From Dicyema japonicum (taxonomy: Eukaryota; Animalia; Dicyemida): a DNA stretch of 64,000 nucleotides. The stretch spans positions 310,001 to 374,000 of the forward strand of contig RDEW01000040.1 of the NCBI GenBank assembly GCA_011109175.1, given 5' to 3'. Under the pieces are notes generated by a model. The model ran no database searches and was not told where the DNA came from. It saw only the letters and a list, made by a program, of their open reading frames with translations. How positions within the stretch are numbered: position 1 is the first letter of the stretch; the number at the start of each line of letters is the position of its first letter. Below, one piece after another: positions 26,531-40,509 of this stretch. Position numbers and translations under genes: made by a program.

Positions 26531-27584
26531 AGATGTTCTCAGTTCCTTTTGTAACCTATTCTGAGTTGACAGAAAATCACTTTTTTGAATGTTCTGAACT
26601 TGTACGCTATTTATTAACAATGCCAAAGTTTTCAGCATCATCTATCTATGGGATCTGCTGCGTCCTATTTAACAGCCGCTTACAAGTTAGTGAAACTGGG
26701 GTTACTTAATTAACTATTGTTTCTGTACTCGAAATTCATTTTTTCAGTTTATGTGACCAGTCTGACTCGACTATCAGTTTTCTGTTGGACGTCTTATATT
26801 CAATCGACGAAGCAACATATTCAGTCATCAAATCGTACATTACTGAAAGCTAAGTTGATCAGATAAGCTTGTGTCTGCTTCAAAAAGAAATAAATTGGTC
26901 AAGATGAGTTACGGACATTTCTTTTCTTTAGGCAAATAGTAAAGACTTTCTCGGACACGAAGTAGTGGTCACTCCTTTTCATTCGGTTTAATGAAACTGA
27001 GATAATTAACCTCAGTATTCTTAGTCCATATTTAGGGTCTACCTATCAAAATAAGGCATGCATCGAAATTTATAAAATTCTGAAAGTCTTTCTCTTGGAC
27101 AAATTATCTAACTATCCAGGACCTCTAGGAGATTTTAACAGAGTACCTTCGCTATTCAGCTTCCTCGACTTGACTATTTTTTAATTTACTGTTTTATGGC
27201 CGTGGGCATTCTGATTGATCTATTTTCGGCTCCGACCCATGTAAACCTCATAGGAAATCGAAAAAATAAAGATCAACTTCTCATTCCAATCGCCTTTAAA
27301 GTTTTTGTGTCAATTGGAAGGAATGTTAAAAGAGGCATAGATCAGAAACGTTATCGTTGCATTATATGAGAGGCTCAGGAACTGAGTTGTTTCGTTAGCT
27401 CCTTCATCGTCCGTGAAAATGCTTACTGCTTATTGGCAATTGGAGCAATTAGATTTAATTGGGTCGATAAACCAACATTATCTGCTTACATCTTCTAACT
27501 CGTCATCATAAAATCATAACTCTTGCGGACGTTTTTTATGTTAATTTGTATTAATAACATTTTATTAATATAAAGTAAAGTTGT

Positions 27585-28130
27585 TATGACAGGTCTCCAT
27601 TATGGCCTGCAGGCATTGAGCACGAAATAAGAGTTACCTCTCATAATCGCGTGCTCAATATTCTGGAAAAACCACCGCGTCATTCTAGGTTCACTCTTCC
27701 GCTTCCCCGCAAGCCGTCCGATTAACCTGATAAACTCTGACGTGCTCAGGAAAAGAACTTCAGACGTCTCAATGGAGATTGGCCGAAAAACGAAACAGTT
27801 TCCAATGTCGCAGTACTTCCTCCTTTCCAAATCTTCAGCATTGGTTGCTACGGAACTCGCGTGCAACGATCACTTTATCAAATTCTTATTAGAGAAAGTG
27901 TCTGTGCACGTTGAATCCCAAGCGGCTCGATAGCTCTCATGAACTGTCTAGTTTAACGTGGTGTGACGAGGGAATCTCCCGAAGCTCCATCTGCACGACA
28001 GCAGGTGTAGTCCTTTTTTGTCAACAATCCAACCATATCGGCGTCGGTGTTTAAAGCAAACGTCAAGGCCCAGCAGAAAAAACATCTCCAACGAGGATTG
28101 TAGCATAGAAAAATTAATAATTAAAAAAAA
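27585..28130 (-). mobile_element. CRE-clade relic with zinc knuckle and RLE end
   Basis: VDKKGLHLLSCRWSFGRFPRH..LN, WDSTCTDTF and KY..FRPISIETS..IEHAIMRGNS. Confidence 0.85.
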
Positions 28131-28504
28131 CTTCCCATTCAACCACAATACAGATGATCACTGTCAAGTTCCCCCAATATTAAAAATGCGATTTCAACCA
28201 AATTTTTTCAACTTTCGATTTCAAGTTAACATTTTATTTTTTGCAAATAAAATTATCGGTCACGACTTAAATGCTCTCATAATTAAATAAGAGTTTCCTC
28301 TAACGATTCTAACCTATAAATTAAAAAAATAATTTCGAGTTTTTCCTTCACATTTGATTATTTATTTATTTAACACCCTTTTGATTTTCAATTTCTTCAT
28401 TATTAATTTAAAATATAAAAAAATATATTTAATTATATAAGCTATTTTTTTAATTTTATTATTTTTTTTCAAATTAATTTTCATTATCAAATAGTCAATC
28501 CATA

Positions 28505-29108
28505 ATGACTGACAGAATAAAATGGTATGCCTTCAAGGAATAATAATTTCAGGATTCAAGACTTTTTTGGTTACAAACATTGGCCCGTTAAGGTGGCAAA
28601 TACTGTAAATATTTAGATTACAATTCCGCATAGCGGATACGAAGTCATTAAGGATATGATCCTCGTCCGTTATTTTGGGATCGGCATTTAGTCGATTTAT
28701 TATTTTAGTTTTAGTCGATGGGTATATCCCACGGAATTGTTTGATTACTCAAGTTTCACATATGATCTCATGGACTATGCTCAACCAGTTCATCATGATT
28801 TCCAAAAAGCCTTAGTTGAAGTAGAAATGAGTCTTGATTTTGTAAAACCAATTCCAGCAAATATTGAAGAAGGGAGTTTTCTCGAAACTAGTGAAAATCC
28901 AGTGGACCCAATTAAGGTTGTTAAAGTAGATTATCAACATTTTTAGACCACATCTGGTAAACCGGGTCGAAAGAAGGTTGCAAAATTTTATATTTTTTAG
29001 AAATCCGTCAAAATTAAAAATCCTGATGTAGAGGTTACTAAGAAGAATACACCAGGGGACAAAACGATTGAGAAAAAATGCGGAAAGAAACGAAAATCTA
29101 AATTATAG
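28505..29108 (+). CDS. PWWP-domain protein (HDGF-related-like) with basic tail, 6 exons
   Basis: Introns of 28,24,24,21,24 nt give MTDRIKW..FGYKHWPVKI..VRYFG..YPTELFDY..FQKALVEVE..KKCGKKRKSKL*. Confidence 0.75.
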
Positions 29109-29787
29109 TTTTTCATTTTTCTTTATAAAGTCGTACGATTTGATTTTCTAATTTATTTTAAAAATAAAATTATAATTTTCATAATTTAGTTAGATAAGTA
29201 GTTAATTGGTGGATGCAATGACGTACCTTTACGGAATGTCAAGCTTGCTTCATGGAAAATGAAAATCCTTATCTTTACTCTTTTTGTGAACATACACGGG
29301 GTGGCGGATTAAGGAGACATCAGATACGATGATATTTAATGTGATTCTGTTATATTGCTAATAATAATGTATACTAATCTCTTAGTATACCTGCTTCATC
29401 TGTATATACTTTTAACCTTCCTTCTGAGATAAGTTCTTTAATATATCGGTAGTCTATTCAGTGAGTTTGGCTGTGGGAATGTGTCATAAAGGTATCTAAT
29501 AGTACATGGCTAAAAATTGATCATTGTGAGACGGTTCTCCTCTGTTCTATTGGGCACGAAAGATAAGGTCTTACAAAGAATTATTTAGCCACCGTATCAG
29601 CTTCAATGAAGCTTAGGTTTAGGATATTTGAGATAGTAGAAATTCAAATCATATATTGCCGATGTACAATAAACGATTGTAATATACAGTCGTAAATGTT
29701 ATAAAAATGCTCAGTATATCACTATCGATGAATGTCCTGAATAGAATTAATTTTATGAACGGCAGTCTCAGGTAATTAAAATTCAAT

Positions 29788-30150
29788 TTACTTGATACTT
29801 TTACGCCTAACATTTTTACAAATCGTTATACACCCAACACAAGTAAATTCCCTTTCCCCACATAATTTAAATACATCCGACCAAATAGATTGTGTCTTTA
29901 ATTTTCTTGACTTTTTGACGTCACACATTCCGCAAAAATGAAAGTGAATGTAACTTACTATTTCATCATGTCTCCTCATGTATTCATTGTTAAGACCAGT
30001 GCAACCCATAGTCATATGGTCCAAGTACTTTTTTGCCTTTTGTGAAAAGTTTGGTAAACGAAACTTTAACCGCAAAGAAATAGTCTCTGTCTTGAAGAAA
30101 ACAATAAATAACCTCAGACTCTGACTATTGTTTCCACTAACCATCCAATC
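29788..30150 (-). mobile_element. R4/Dong-like retrotransposon C-terminal relic
   Basis: DHMTMGC..EYMRRHDEIVSYIH, a CCHC plus RH motif. Confidence 0.65.
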
Positions 30151-30959
30151 AGCTCATCCAGCAACGTCAAAACTCGTTTTATAGCAATAAAAAAACATAA
30201 TTAACATAATTCATTAGGAATTTTTCTTGGGTCTTTTCAACGGTGTTCATATTTATTTCAACAGGACCTATTAAGAGTCAAGCGATAGGGGTCATATGTG
30301 TTCTATTTGTCTTTAGAATTCCATGCACCACAAATTCGTTTTTATGCTAGATTGAATAAAGTCCTCTCCATAGTTTAATTCTGTTATTGTCTTTCCCTGT
30401 TGGGGGCTTTTGATATATACTAGGTCACAAATTTCCAAATCGATATATACAAATTCCTTCAATTTGATATCACTTATCCAATATAGTAAATATAAAGAGA
30501 TAATGCATATTTGTGACTTTAAACAGATGTGAAAAATTGAGTTTTGTATTGACCGAATTCACAATCACCATCCTGTTTATATAGTTTTCAAACTTTATTT
30601 TTTTCATTACATTGTTCCAAATAAAGTTTCAAACTTTAATTTTCTCATTACAAGGTTTTTGAAGTCTTTTGTTTGACAATTTCTGAATTTAGATGGAATA
30701 GAGAGTCTCCGCATGATCGACGATGGCGAAAGCAAATTGCTGTCATTCTTCTTAACGAGGTCAGAGACCACATAAGACTGATAGGATGATAACTTAACGG
30801 ACCTTTGGTTCTCCAAGTTTCACTACCATGTGGATAATGGAGATTTTCCAGCTATCATAGACATTTCCAAGCTTCATACTCGCGCTATATAAGTCACAAA
30901 CCTAAATAAAATCCCAAGACCTTTTTAAACATAATCATTCTTATATAGCTATATCATGT

Positions 30960-33250
30960 CGTTTTGTTTTTTCATTCCCTTACAGTCGTCTTAATCTCCA
31001 GGAGAGTGATGTACTGTGGGTGTTTGACCACTGCTATTATGAGAAGGGTCGCTAAATTATTAGGTATTTCTCAAGGGATGTGGCTATTAAAAACAGTTTT
31101 AGGTATTTTATTTAGTTGTTTTCCGAAATAAAGAAGACTTCTTATGCTGAGGGTGATCCATCAGGTTTCTCGAGAAAGATTGTAGTTGATATTGACTCTG
31201 GTACATTATTTTCCGATATGAATTCAAATTGATTCGCTATTCACAGAAGACTATAATCTGATATCAGTCGCATTTGGTGGGTGAATGACAGAATCTGCGT
31301 AATACAGATCCGTCTGAACAACCAATGTTCCCCTAAAAATACACTGACAATTATAAATGTATATGCACTACATTGTGGAAGTGTGGCAAAAAACCCGACC
31401 GAACTGGATGAATTCTACTCCATTATCAAAGACGTATAATGAATATGAGTCGTCCTCACTTATATTCATTGCTGGCGATCTAATTGTAAAAATTGGAACA
31501 AAAAAAGAACTCAGAAAATACCTTCATGGGAAGACACGGACATGGGAAAAGAAACTTGCCTAGGATTATACTTGGCCATTTCTGCACGGCAAACACATTG
31601 TTCTTGTGCAACACCGGATTCTCTCATCGTGCATGCCACATAACCACTTGGATGGGCGAACGAATAAACCTAGATTGAAAACTAGTCCCTATATACAACC
31701 AAATTGATTATATTATATTCTGGATTAACGACAAACGCTCTCTTATAAACGCACACTCATACGAAAGTTCAACAACTGTCAGCGATCACAAAATAGTTAC
31801 TGTCGCTTTCAGCCTGGAGAAACATGGTATCAAACATTAGAAACATAACAACATTACAAACAATTATAATGAGAATATAAAAAATGGATATGCAACGGAA
31901 CAACTAACCTCTCATCCAGATACAGTCAAAAATAACCAAAAATACATCTGCTCTCATCTAAAAAACCTAACAGTAAGAATTACGTCGGATCGCACAAAAA
32001 ATATAACAACCAATGCTCAAGCTTGTACCTCGGCATGTGGGTGATGGCCAGTATAGGTCAGACGATACATGCAGAACTAGCAAAGGAGTTAAAAGAATTT
32101 TATACAAAAAACTAAACGAAAAAGACGAAGTTGGTTTAGAGAAGGAAGTTCAACAACTGATGCAGTCTGGAGTCACAGATGGAGATGTGCAACACATCAA
32201 AGATATTGCAATGTCACCCACATTTTGGGAATAGATCTATCAGAAACTCTTGACTTGGTTAACAGGAACAAATTGATAACAGTGCTGGAAGGGTTTATTA
32301 ACAAATCGAGTCTAAGGATGATCCAAATCATTCTCTCTAACACAGAGCTCCTTGTGAGAGTTGGAAAAACCTACTCAAGAAAATTTGAAACAAACACAGG
32401 CACTCCTCAAGGAGACTCCCTCTCTCCGCCACTATTCACAATATATTTGGAGGCCGCTATGAAAGAACTAAGACCATTATACCAAGGAAAAATAGAAGAA
32501 ATGATTTATGCTGATGATGTCGATCTAATCTCTGAAGACAAAGAACTCCTGGGACATGTACTAGAAAAAACACCAAATATACTTGGGAAATGGTTTCTCA
32601 CCGTGTACAGAGTAAAACAGAACGGACAGAAAAAAGACGAATGAATAACTCACTAGAAAAGAAATGGAGACACATAAAGAAACTTGGCTCTCTATTAGTA
32701 GATAGCGAAGATATAATACAGAGAAAAACCATGGCAAACGCGGCATTACACACGCTAAAAAACCTATGGCTAAAACGGAATGGGAACAACATAAAACAAA
32801 GGATAATGTTATACGACACCTTTATCAAACCAATCCTCCTATACAACTCTGAGACCTGGGGAACCTCAAAGGAGGAATTGGAGAGGCTAGACTCGTTTCA
32901 CACTAATCATCTAAGAAACATAACTGGAATATCCTGGCTATTCAAGATCTCGCGGAAAAAACTGTAAAATAATTGTGAATGTACACCAATAAATCTCAAT
33001 CATTAGCTCTCGTTGGAGACTTTTTGGACACGTCTTGAGGTTGGATCCGACATCCTTCCGAATATCGCCATGGAAGATTACTACTTCCCCAATGTAAATT
33101 GATTTCGTGGAAGACCGAAAACAACCCTCCCGGTCGTTTTACAAAACGATCTGAACGCCGTGAAAAAAACATTGGCATCTGGTGACGACCTGGAGACACT
33201 GGATCTGGCTAAGAACAGAAGAACTTGGAGCAAGATAACATTCTCTTATA
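30960..33250 (+). mobile_element. RTE-type LINE, longest copy, frameshifted
   Basis: APE motifs IAGDLIVKIG, NQIDYII and SDHK; RT motifs GTPQGDSLSP and YADDVD; LLYNSETWG; RWRLFGHVLR. Confidence 0.9.
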
Positions 33251-33944
33251 AATTTTGCTGCACATGAGGGGCTAAATATTATGGTTTTCATGAAAGTGCT
33301 AATAATAATAGAATTAACACACTAAGTACCAATTTGTACAATAAAGATATGCATGGATATTCCAGTGTCTTAAGTGTTGGACAGAATCATCTAGACTAAT
33401 ATTATAACTTTCATGAAATGTATTGTATTCGAATATTAAACCGTATTTCATGTGAAAAAACATCACTCACAATTTTCTCGAATTCTTCACACATAAAAAA
33501 ACGAAGGGCTTTAAATTTTTTTAACAAAAGAGTAGTAGACATTATCGCATCGACGTGACTTTCAGTTCGAAGCGTAATTAATTAACATTATTAGATCAAG
33601 TAGAAAATAAATAATTAAGTGTAAATGATAATTTTTGAACAGATTCATGAGCACGTGGCAGTAAGGTCAGAATTAAGAGATCGAAAATTCGCTCCCACAA
33701 ATAGAATATAAATGATATTTGGAGATCAAATAAAGGCGTTAGACTGATGACTTCATGAATTTTACCAATAATGGTTGAATGAACTTGGATTTATTTTTTA
33801 TTCTAACCTTTTGAAACTTTATTACGGTAAAACCTTCTTATAAAAATTCATCATTCTGTGAGGAAATAGCCACTGTATGACCTTTTTGTTTATTTTATTC
33901 TGTGCTAATAAAATTATAAATTTTAATATAATAAAAAAATAAAG

Positions 33945-34060
33945 ATACGACAGATCTCCAATATGACCTGCAGGCATTGAGCCGGAACGTGAACCGATCT
34001 AACAGCACTTTGTATTTTTTCCTTGGCCACCATAGCTTTTCTGCGGAATACAGTTTGGTG
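33945..34060 (-). mobile_element. CRE-clade 3' tip (subfamily A)
   Basis: ACAGATCTCCAATATGACCTGCAGGCATTGAGC, homologous to the ends at 10770 and 27585. Confidence 0.65.
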
Positions 34061-34139
34061 GAGACCATTTGACTAATTATGCTGCACTCTAGTAAGAGTC
34101 ATATTAGCTATCGCTCCTCCCAAGCAGGGCACCCACTAT

Positions 34140-34359
34140 ATTTTTAAGCAAAGAGCAGTTATGCTAACTAATCGTGGAGGTAGACCAAAGAATGCTCTTA
34201 ATTTCTTTTTGTTCTATGTATGTTCTTTATAGACGATCCGGTTCCCCAGTGAGGTGTTCACCGATGACGGCGTCACTTGTCAAGACAAAGCATCGTGAAA
34301 CTTTCAGTCAGAATGTACAGCAGAGAGATTCTAACTAGGTTCCCACTACGCCACCAGCC
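34140..34359 (-). mobile_element. tRNA-derived SINE family A copy
   Basis: A-box TGGCGTAGTGG at its 5' end; shared core GTGACGCCGTCATC.GTG; tail CATAACTGCTCTTTGCTT. Confidence 0.75.
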
Positions 34360-34591
34360 AATCATTAGCCAATCAATGGTGGGGACAAACTGGGAGTATA
34401 CATGATCTTCTCTCATCGATTACATGTGACCCTTATTCCCCCACGAGATATTAGAAATGATAATATTCCAAAATTATATTAAAAAATAAACTTAAATATT
34501 TAAGAATTATTTTATTAAAATTTACATTCACCTAAATATGTGGGTTTATAAATTCATGCGTAAATCTTTTGTCAAGACATGCTAAGGATTA

Positions 34592-34870
34592 GCCGGGTGG
34601 CATAGTGGTTAGGTGTCGGGCTAAAGTGGCTTAGGTCACGGGTTCGATTCTCGCTGCTGTTCACCTGGTGGAAGGTTCCACGCATCTACGATGCGGAAAG
34701 GGCTTGACGAGTGACGCCGTCATCAGTGGAGATTCACTGCGGAACTGGATAGTCAAAAGGACATACACACAAGAAAAAGAAAGAAACAAAGAAGTGAAGA
34801 GCATTCTTTGGTTCTCCCTCTACGATTAGTTATAATAACTGTTCTTTACTTAAATAAAGTGTGTGTTCTG
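34592..34870 (+). mobile_element. tRNA-derived SINE family A, full-length
   Basis: A-box TGGCATAGTGG at 34598 and B-box GGTTCGATTC at 34641; closely similar to 41338-41605; no acceptor stem. Confidence 0.88.
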
Positions 34871-35469
34871 CACGAGCGAAACCCTAGGCATCTTACGTGC
34901 TTATGGCAACGCGGTAGTGCTTAATTATTATTAATTACAGTTATTATGCTAAAGATTGAAAATCAATAACAATAACATTGAAATTTAAGTATACTATTAA
35001 ATTTCCACAAGTCTTTCCTTTGAATATTCCCATATTCTTAGGCATGATATTTGCAAAAAAATCTAAATTTGACAAATTAAACTATAATTCTCGTACACTC
35101 GGAAACCTTTCTTCTTTTTATTTACAGAAGATCTACTTGATCTCCTCATTCTGACTATTTGTCATGTCTCTGTTCTCACAAGCATGCGTTTCCCTTAACG
35201 TTGAAAATACGGATTATTTTCACTGTAAGGACATAGAGCATCTTTATTCTTTAGGAAGTACATTGTATTAGTGTAGCTACTTTACTGATTCCGAATTCAT
35301 TAATTTTAATTTTGTTCTTTTTAATGCCGAAAAATACAAGAAGCAAAAATCCATGAAATATCTATTTAATGGTTAACACCTGTTGTTAAAAATTGTTGTT
35401 CGTGATTAATCGAGCATAATATCGAAATAACTATGGAAATAGTTTAATTAATGAATAACATAATATTGG

Positions 35470-35615
35470 CTTCACGAGTGACACCGTCATCAGTGAACAT
35501 TTTACTGCGGAACCGGATCTCTATAAAGGACTCGCAACTAAAAAAATAGATGTGAAGGCCATTCCTTGGTTCCTCCTTTACTACTAGCTAGCATAACTGT
35601 TCTTTACTCAAATTT
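35470..35615 (+). mobile_element. SINE family A, 5'-truncated
   Basis: ACGAGTGACACCGTCATCAGTG..ACTGCGGAACCGGAT core and TAACTGTTCTTTACT tail. Confidence 0.75.
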
Positions 35616-36267
35616 GCATACAAAAGTTCGAATCAACGGGAAATGTTTGAATAAAAACCTTATTAGTTAGTTAAATGCAGTCCCACATTACCCATAAGCA
35701 TATGAATACTTAGGGTTCCGTTTGTACCGTGATCTTCAATATCTTTTCTAGCAGTTTTCTCCAATAACTTTCCTCCCCGCACGTCTCCGCAGTTCATCGA
35801 AGTCGTCCACAGCCCTCTGACGATGAAAGTTGCAATTGTAACGGGATAGAATAGACAGACTGATAGCATGATAAAGACATATGCATTATTAGAGAAGTGT
35901 CAACCACTCAATCAACAAAAAACCCCATTAGATAGAATAATATATAACTTAAAATTGATAAATGTTAAAAACTGCATAAAATATAAAATATTTATATAAA
36001 TAAATTAAAATTAAAATCGAATAATTATTTAAATTTTAGAAAATCAGGCCATTATTAATTAAAATAATATATTTTAACTGAATTCATTAAGGTTAGATCG
36101 GTGAATTTTTGTGCCGTTTTTAATTAGTCATTACGTTATTTCCGTATGCTTTCTATTCTTTACTATACTCTCTACTATAAATCATTGTGATTTGAGAATA
36201 TGCTATAACTGCCTGTACTTAGTTTAATTTAATCATTTGTGCATATAATTGACAAATTTAGCTTGAA

Positions 36268-39161
36268 ATGCCCAAAAATTATGAGAAAATTGAAAAACAT
36301 GTTAAATTTGCACCAAATAATTCATCGATTGACAATGGACTTGAAGGTTTTTGGATTAATTTTAAAATTTTAGTCTCTAAATGCATAAATAGGTTGGAGA
36401 ATGGAGTTGAAGTTTATAAAATCGAAGGTTCTGGCAAACAAGTGCCCAGGATTATATTGTTAGACTCCCAAAACAGTCAATTAGAGTTTCACTCTCAAAA
36501 AAACTACTTCTTTGGCTCAAGTTGAGGGAAAATATAATTACTAGTTAATATTTCATCCTTTAAATCACTGGAAACATTTTGGTTGGATGACGGCGAAATC
36601 CTAAGAAAGAGAAGTGGCATTCAGTTAATGTTTTGGGGGATTGAGATCTCATATGATGAATATAAACTTAAAATTATGGCTCAAAATAACGCAGACAATG
36701 ACGTGATTCTTACTGCCTTGAGATTTTTAATGTCAGCAGACCTTAGAACTGAAAATGAGCAAGAAGTCTAATTTTCACATCAATTTAGATACAAATATAT
36801 TCCAAGTTGGCTGAAAAGACATTTCTTCGTTCAGATTTAATATTTTTCATGAATCGGTATTCAATAATTGTGAATTTAAGTTATTGTTCTAAATATAATA
36901 AATTTAATAAATCCGAATTACTCAATGTCGTCCCAACATTTGTATTTTAATCTTGTATATTAGACTATTTCGACCCCCAAAAAGCAGGATTCAAATGAAA
37001 ATTCATTGACAGTCGACTTTGACGGTGTCTCATTTTTAAATTCAGTTCTGTCCGATTTAGATTAGAATTCGAACAAATTGCAATTAACGATAATCTCTGC
37101 TCTCTCAATCATCCAAATTGGATAGAAAACGTGCGTCATGACATTGATAATTATTTCTTTTATGCTGTCAAAAATGGGTATTTTTGATTTGTGATTTAGT
37201 CACCTTTTCAGAAGTAGACTTTCCCCTTTGGATTCCTTCAAAGAACTTTTACTCGACGGATGTCGTTCCTTGGATTGTTGAAATTATGGTTTATTTAAGT
37301 GAACATTGTATTTTCTTCAAATGGAGATATTTTCCTTTCCTTGAACAGCGACATCAAAGAAGATTCGGGTGTTAACAAGATCCCTTTATCTAAATTTTTG
37401 TCTCTTTTGTCAAAAAAAGCTTTTACTAAGTCAAAGTATTCCAGAGTATTGATTTGTAGATTTCCAATGTTCCTATTTTTGTTTTTTGACGAAAAGGTGA
37501 GTTCCACCCAGTTTAATAAACTTTACGAGGTACTCCAGTACCATATTGGACACAAGATTTATATTCCAAAGAAAACCAAATTACCATTTCCTGAACTGAT
37601 TTTTAAGAATTTCTTACTTTTCGTAGAATTTACTCAATTAATGTTTAGACTAACACAAAAAACGATAAAATTGAAGATTCTAAAATTTCTAAAATATTAT
37701 TGCCCGTTTACAGCTCAGAAAGCGCAGGTAGTCCATATTTGTAATTTGTTGATGAGCACAATCCTTTCTGTTTTGCTGTGGAATATGACTATAAAGATAT
37801 TTTTAAACCTACAAAATTAAAAATTAAGGAGAATACGACATTTTTTTCCATTCTCCGATTAAATGAGACCGAGAATCCTATGAAGGCCGTCCTTGAAGGC
37901 TGGAAGAGAGGAATACAATTTGGTTCGGCGATTTCACTTATTTAAGTTATTTGGGACTTAAAAATAACGGGAACTTGTGAGCATTATTCACATTCATTTC
38001 AAGGAAATGGATTTACACTCAAACCGGACGAAATTCAATCAAAAATATCATTTGGACCGCTTTCCCCTTCATATAAAAAGCTTCAATCACAAAAAATACT
38101 CCTAACTGTACTTTTCCCAGTTCATTCAGATTATCTCTGCCCGAGACCTTCCAATAGAACAGTTTGACAATCAAATATCCAATACCATCGATCCTTACTG
38201 TGTGATTGAGTTGCATGAATTCCACAAAGATAAAAGTATAAATTCAACACGTGTCAAATCCAATACAAGTATATTATTAATTTTATCATGATAATCCGAA
38301 TTTTATGGAGAGTTTTACTTGCTACACTGACAGTTCAGATTTTACCCAACTACGATTCGCAATTTATGACGCAGATTACATCACCAAGGCTATCATAGGT
38401 GATGCGATAATTCCGATAAGATTTTTACGATCAGGTATTGTCCACGCGGATTTTTAGGATTGCAATGGCTTCCAATATTTGATTCTTCGGGAAAGAAGAT
38501 AGAAAATTCGAGAATTTATTTCTCCGTCAAAATCGAGGTTATAACACACGTGGTCGATTTGTTTTATTCTAGAAAAATGAAAAATTAAGAAAAATAGTCC
38601 AGAAAATAAGAAAGGCTAACACTATATCAGTTTAAATGAATATTATTGAAGGAATTTTCAAAGACCCCCCTTCCGAAAGAACCACCTCAGGAAACTTTGG
38701 AAGATCTAATCGGAATCTTGAAAGACTTTTCAAAGGAAATCACTTCCCCGTCGTCTCTGTGTGCCAATTGCATTTCCTCCTCTGTAGACTTGATGGACTT
38801 GCTAATCGATTGTTTTACCGTGGTGGAGCCCGTCAAGTTTAACATAAAAGCGGTTTTAGTTATTTATCATTTAAAAGGATCTTAACCACAAAGAAAAATG
38901 TTCAGATGCTGTTTGCTTCTTCGATAAAGTTGCCATTTTATTTATTTGCAAGTTTGCAGAAAAATTTTCAGCTTATTCCAAAAATTCGTCGTCTCGGACA
39001 ATTTTGAAGGTTAAAGTAGTAATATAAAGTTAGCCAATGAAAAATACGCCGGGTTTAAGAAAAAGATTTTCATTCCGTAACACAAATAAACGAGTATTAA
39101 TACAGTTAAATTAGATGCCGATGAAAATGTTGGAGTGGGATCAAAGAAATGTCCTCAATAA
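36268..39161 (+). CDS. Phospholipase C-like protein (PH-EF-X-Y-C2 plus helical tail), probably inactive, PRIP/PLCL-like
   Basis: After tiny introns: X box IDNYFFYAVKNGHL..LLDGCRSLDL..AFTKSKFPMFL..LPFPEL; Y box NP..GW..G.Q..NGFTLKP; C2 IISARDLP..IDPYCVIE..NPNFMESF..LRFAIYDAD..IG..IIP..LRSG. Some junctions and the 3' end are uncertain. Confidence 0.8.
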
Positions 39162-39269
39162 TGAATTGAAATACATGAGATATTGGTTCCTTACAATTGA
39201 AGAAATTAATAATTAATTTTAAATAAATTTATTTTGTTATTACTCATCTCTAATTAATCAAACCTATGT

Positions 39270-40420
39270 GATCCCGATAAGTTTTTGTCTTCCGCCCAAT
39301 ATTGACAGAATCGAAGTTTGACCACTTGATGGGGCTCAATTGTGGTTACCACATGGATTTACGTTTTTATTAACAAAATCGGACAATCGTCCTCTCTACT
39401 TTGCTCATCCTGCCTTCTTGATCACTAGAATGTTTTCCGGTCCACCTCCGAGTTCTGCACAGCGCAAAATACACCAGACAAATCTCTGCCTGTAACCTTC
39501 TTTTAGCCACGGTTTCCCTTACTCGAAAGGACCGAGGGTAAATAAATAAATGTGATCTCGCTAATGAAGTGATTTCCGCGACATACTCCCCTTAAGGAGT
39601 ATCCTGTGGTGTAAATACCAAACGCTACATTATATGCAGTTTTGCCGATTTGAACTCAGCTTCGTGTTAGATAAAAGGACTCATCATTTTCACTGAGTTA
39701 AAATCCAGAAATCCTTCCACTACTTCGAATGCCCTCGATAAGTCTAATCCAAGGATTGTAGTTAAGTTTTTGTATTATTAGTTTACAGCTCAGTGCCATT
39801 TGTAGCTCCAAATGCAGTGTATATTCTGTAGGAGTTTTTTCAGTTTTTTGGACTTTGGCAATTTTTATTTCTAATAACTTATTGTCTTACTACATATTAA
39901 GTGTATTCTAAATAGGCCTTCATTCTGACCTGATTAATCGGACATTCTTCTGATCCAAGTAATTTTCTAGAAGTAGTCTTAGCTCCCTTTTTTTACTTTT
40001 TTAAACTTTGTTAAGTTTTGTCTTTGCGTAGTGCTGGACTCTGAGTCATTATCATTTCATCAGTCGTAGAGAAAATTCAATCTTTAACGACATTCCAAAT
40101 CCCTTCAGGGGGAGTTCATTATCAATGTTACCGACAATTTTCTCAATAGAAATTTGATATTTTTATATCTTCAGTTCGGTTGCGTATAGTTGTTCAGTAT
40201 ATATATTCTGGCTTCTGTCACGGGTTATTATGGCTTCTGTCAGAAGATCAAGTTCCGACATTGTTATCCCCAATTCCTCATAGAATTGGTTAGACTCTTC
40301 AGGATTCCTCATAACACGCCCCTGTGTAGAACATAACATTTACGATTGTAGTAAACCTCCTTCAAATCCATCAAAAGTTTCGGTGGTTTGAATTTTTTGC
40401 TGAATAGCGCAATACCACCT
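39270..40420 (-). mobile_element. RTE-type LINE relic
   Basis: TIVNV..PEESNQFYEEL (APE); GLDLSRAFE and TPQ (RT). Confidence 0.7.
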
Positions 40421-40509
40421 ATATTAACCGTAAACCTCCCAGTTTTGATGACAATTTGATTTTGATGTAGTCAATAACATTTTATTAAATAACACAAAAA
40501 TCAATCAAA

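Noticed and set aside
26560-27250. Coding-looking stretch with possible micro-introns
   Set aside because: No start and no continuous frame could be built, and no family was recognised. It may be a gene remnant.
34700-34745. CTGATGA hammerhead-like core on the antisense strand of SINE-A
   Set aside because: No correctly placed GAAA or stems I/III in the full-length copies. The GAAA in the 34.2-kb copy is not conserved.
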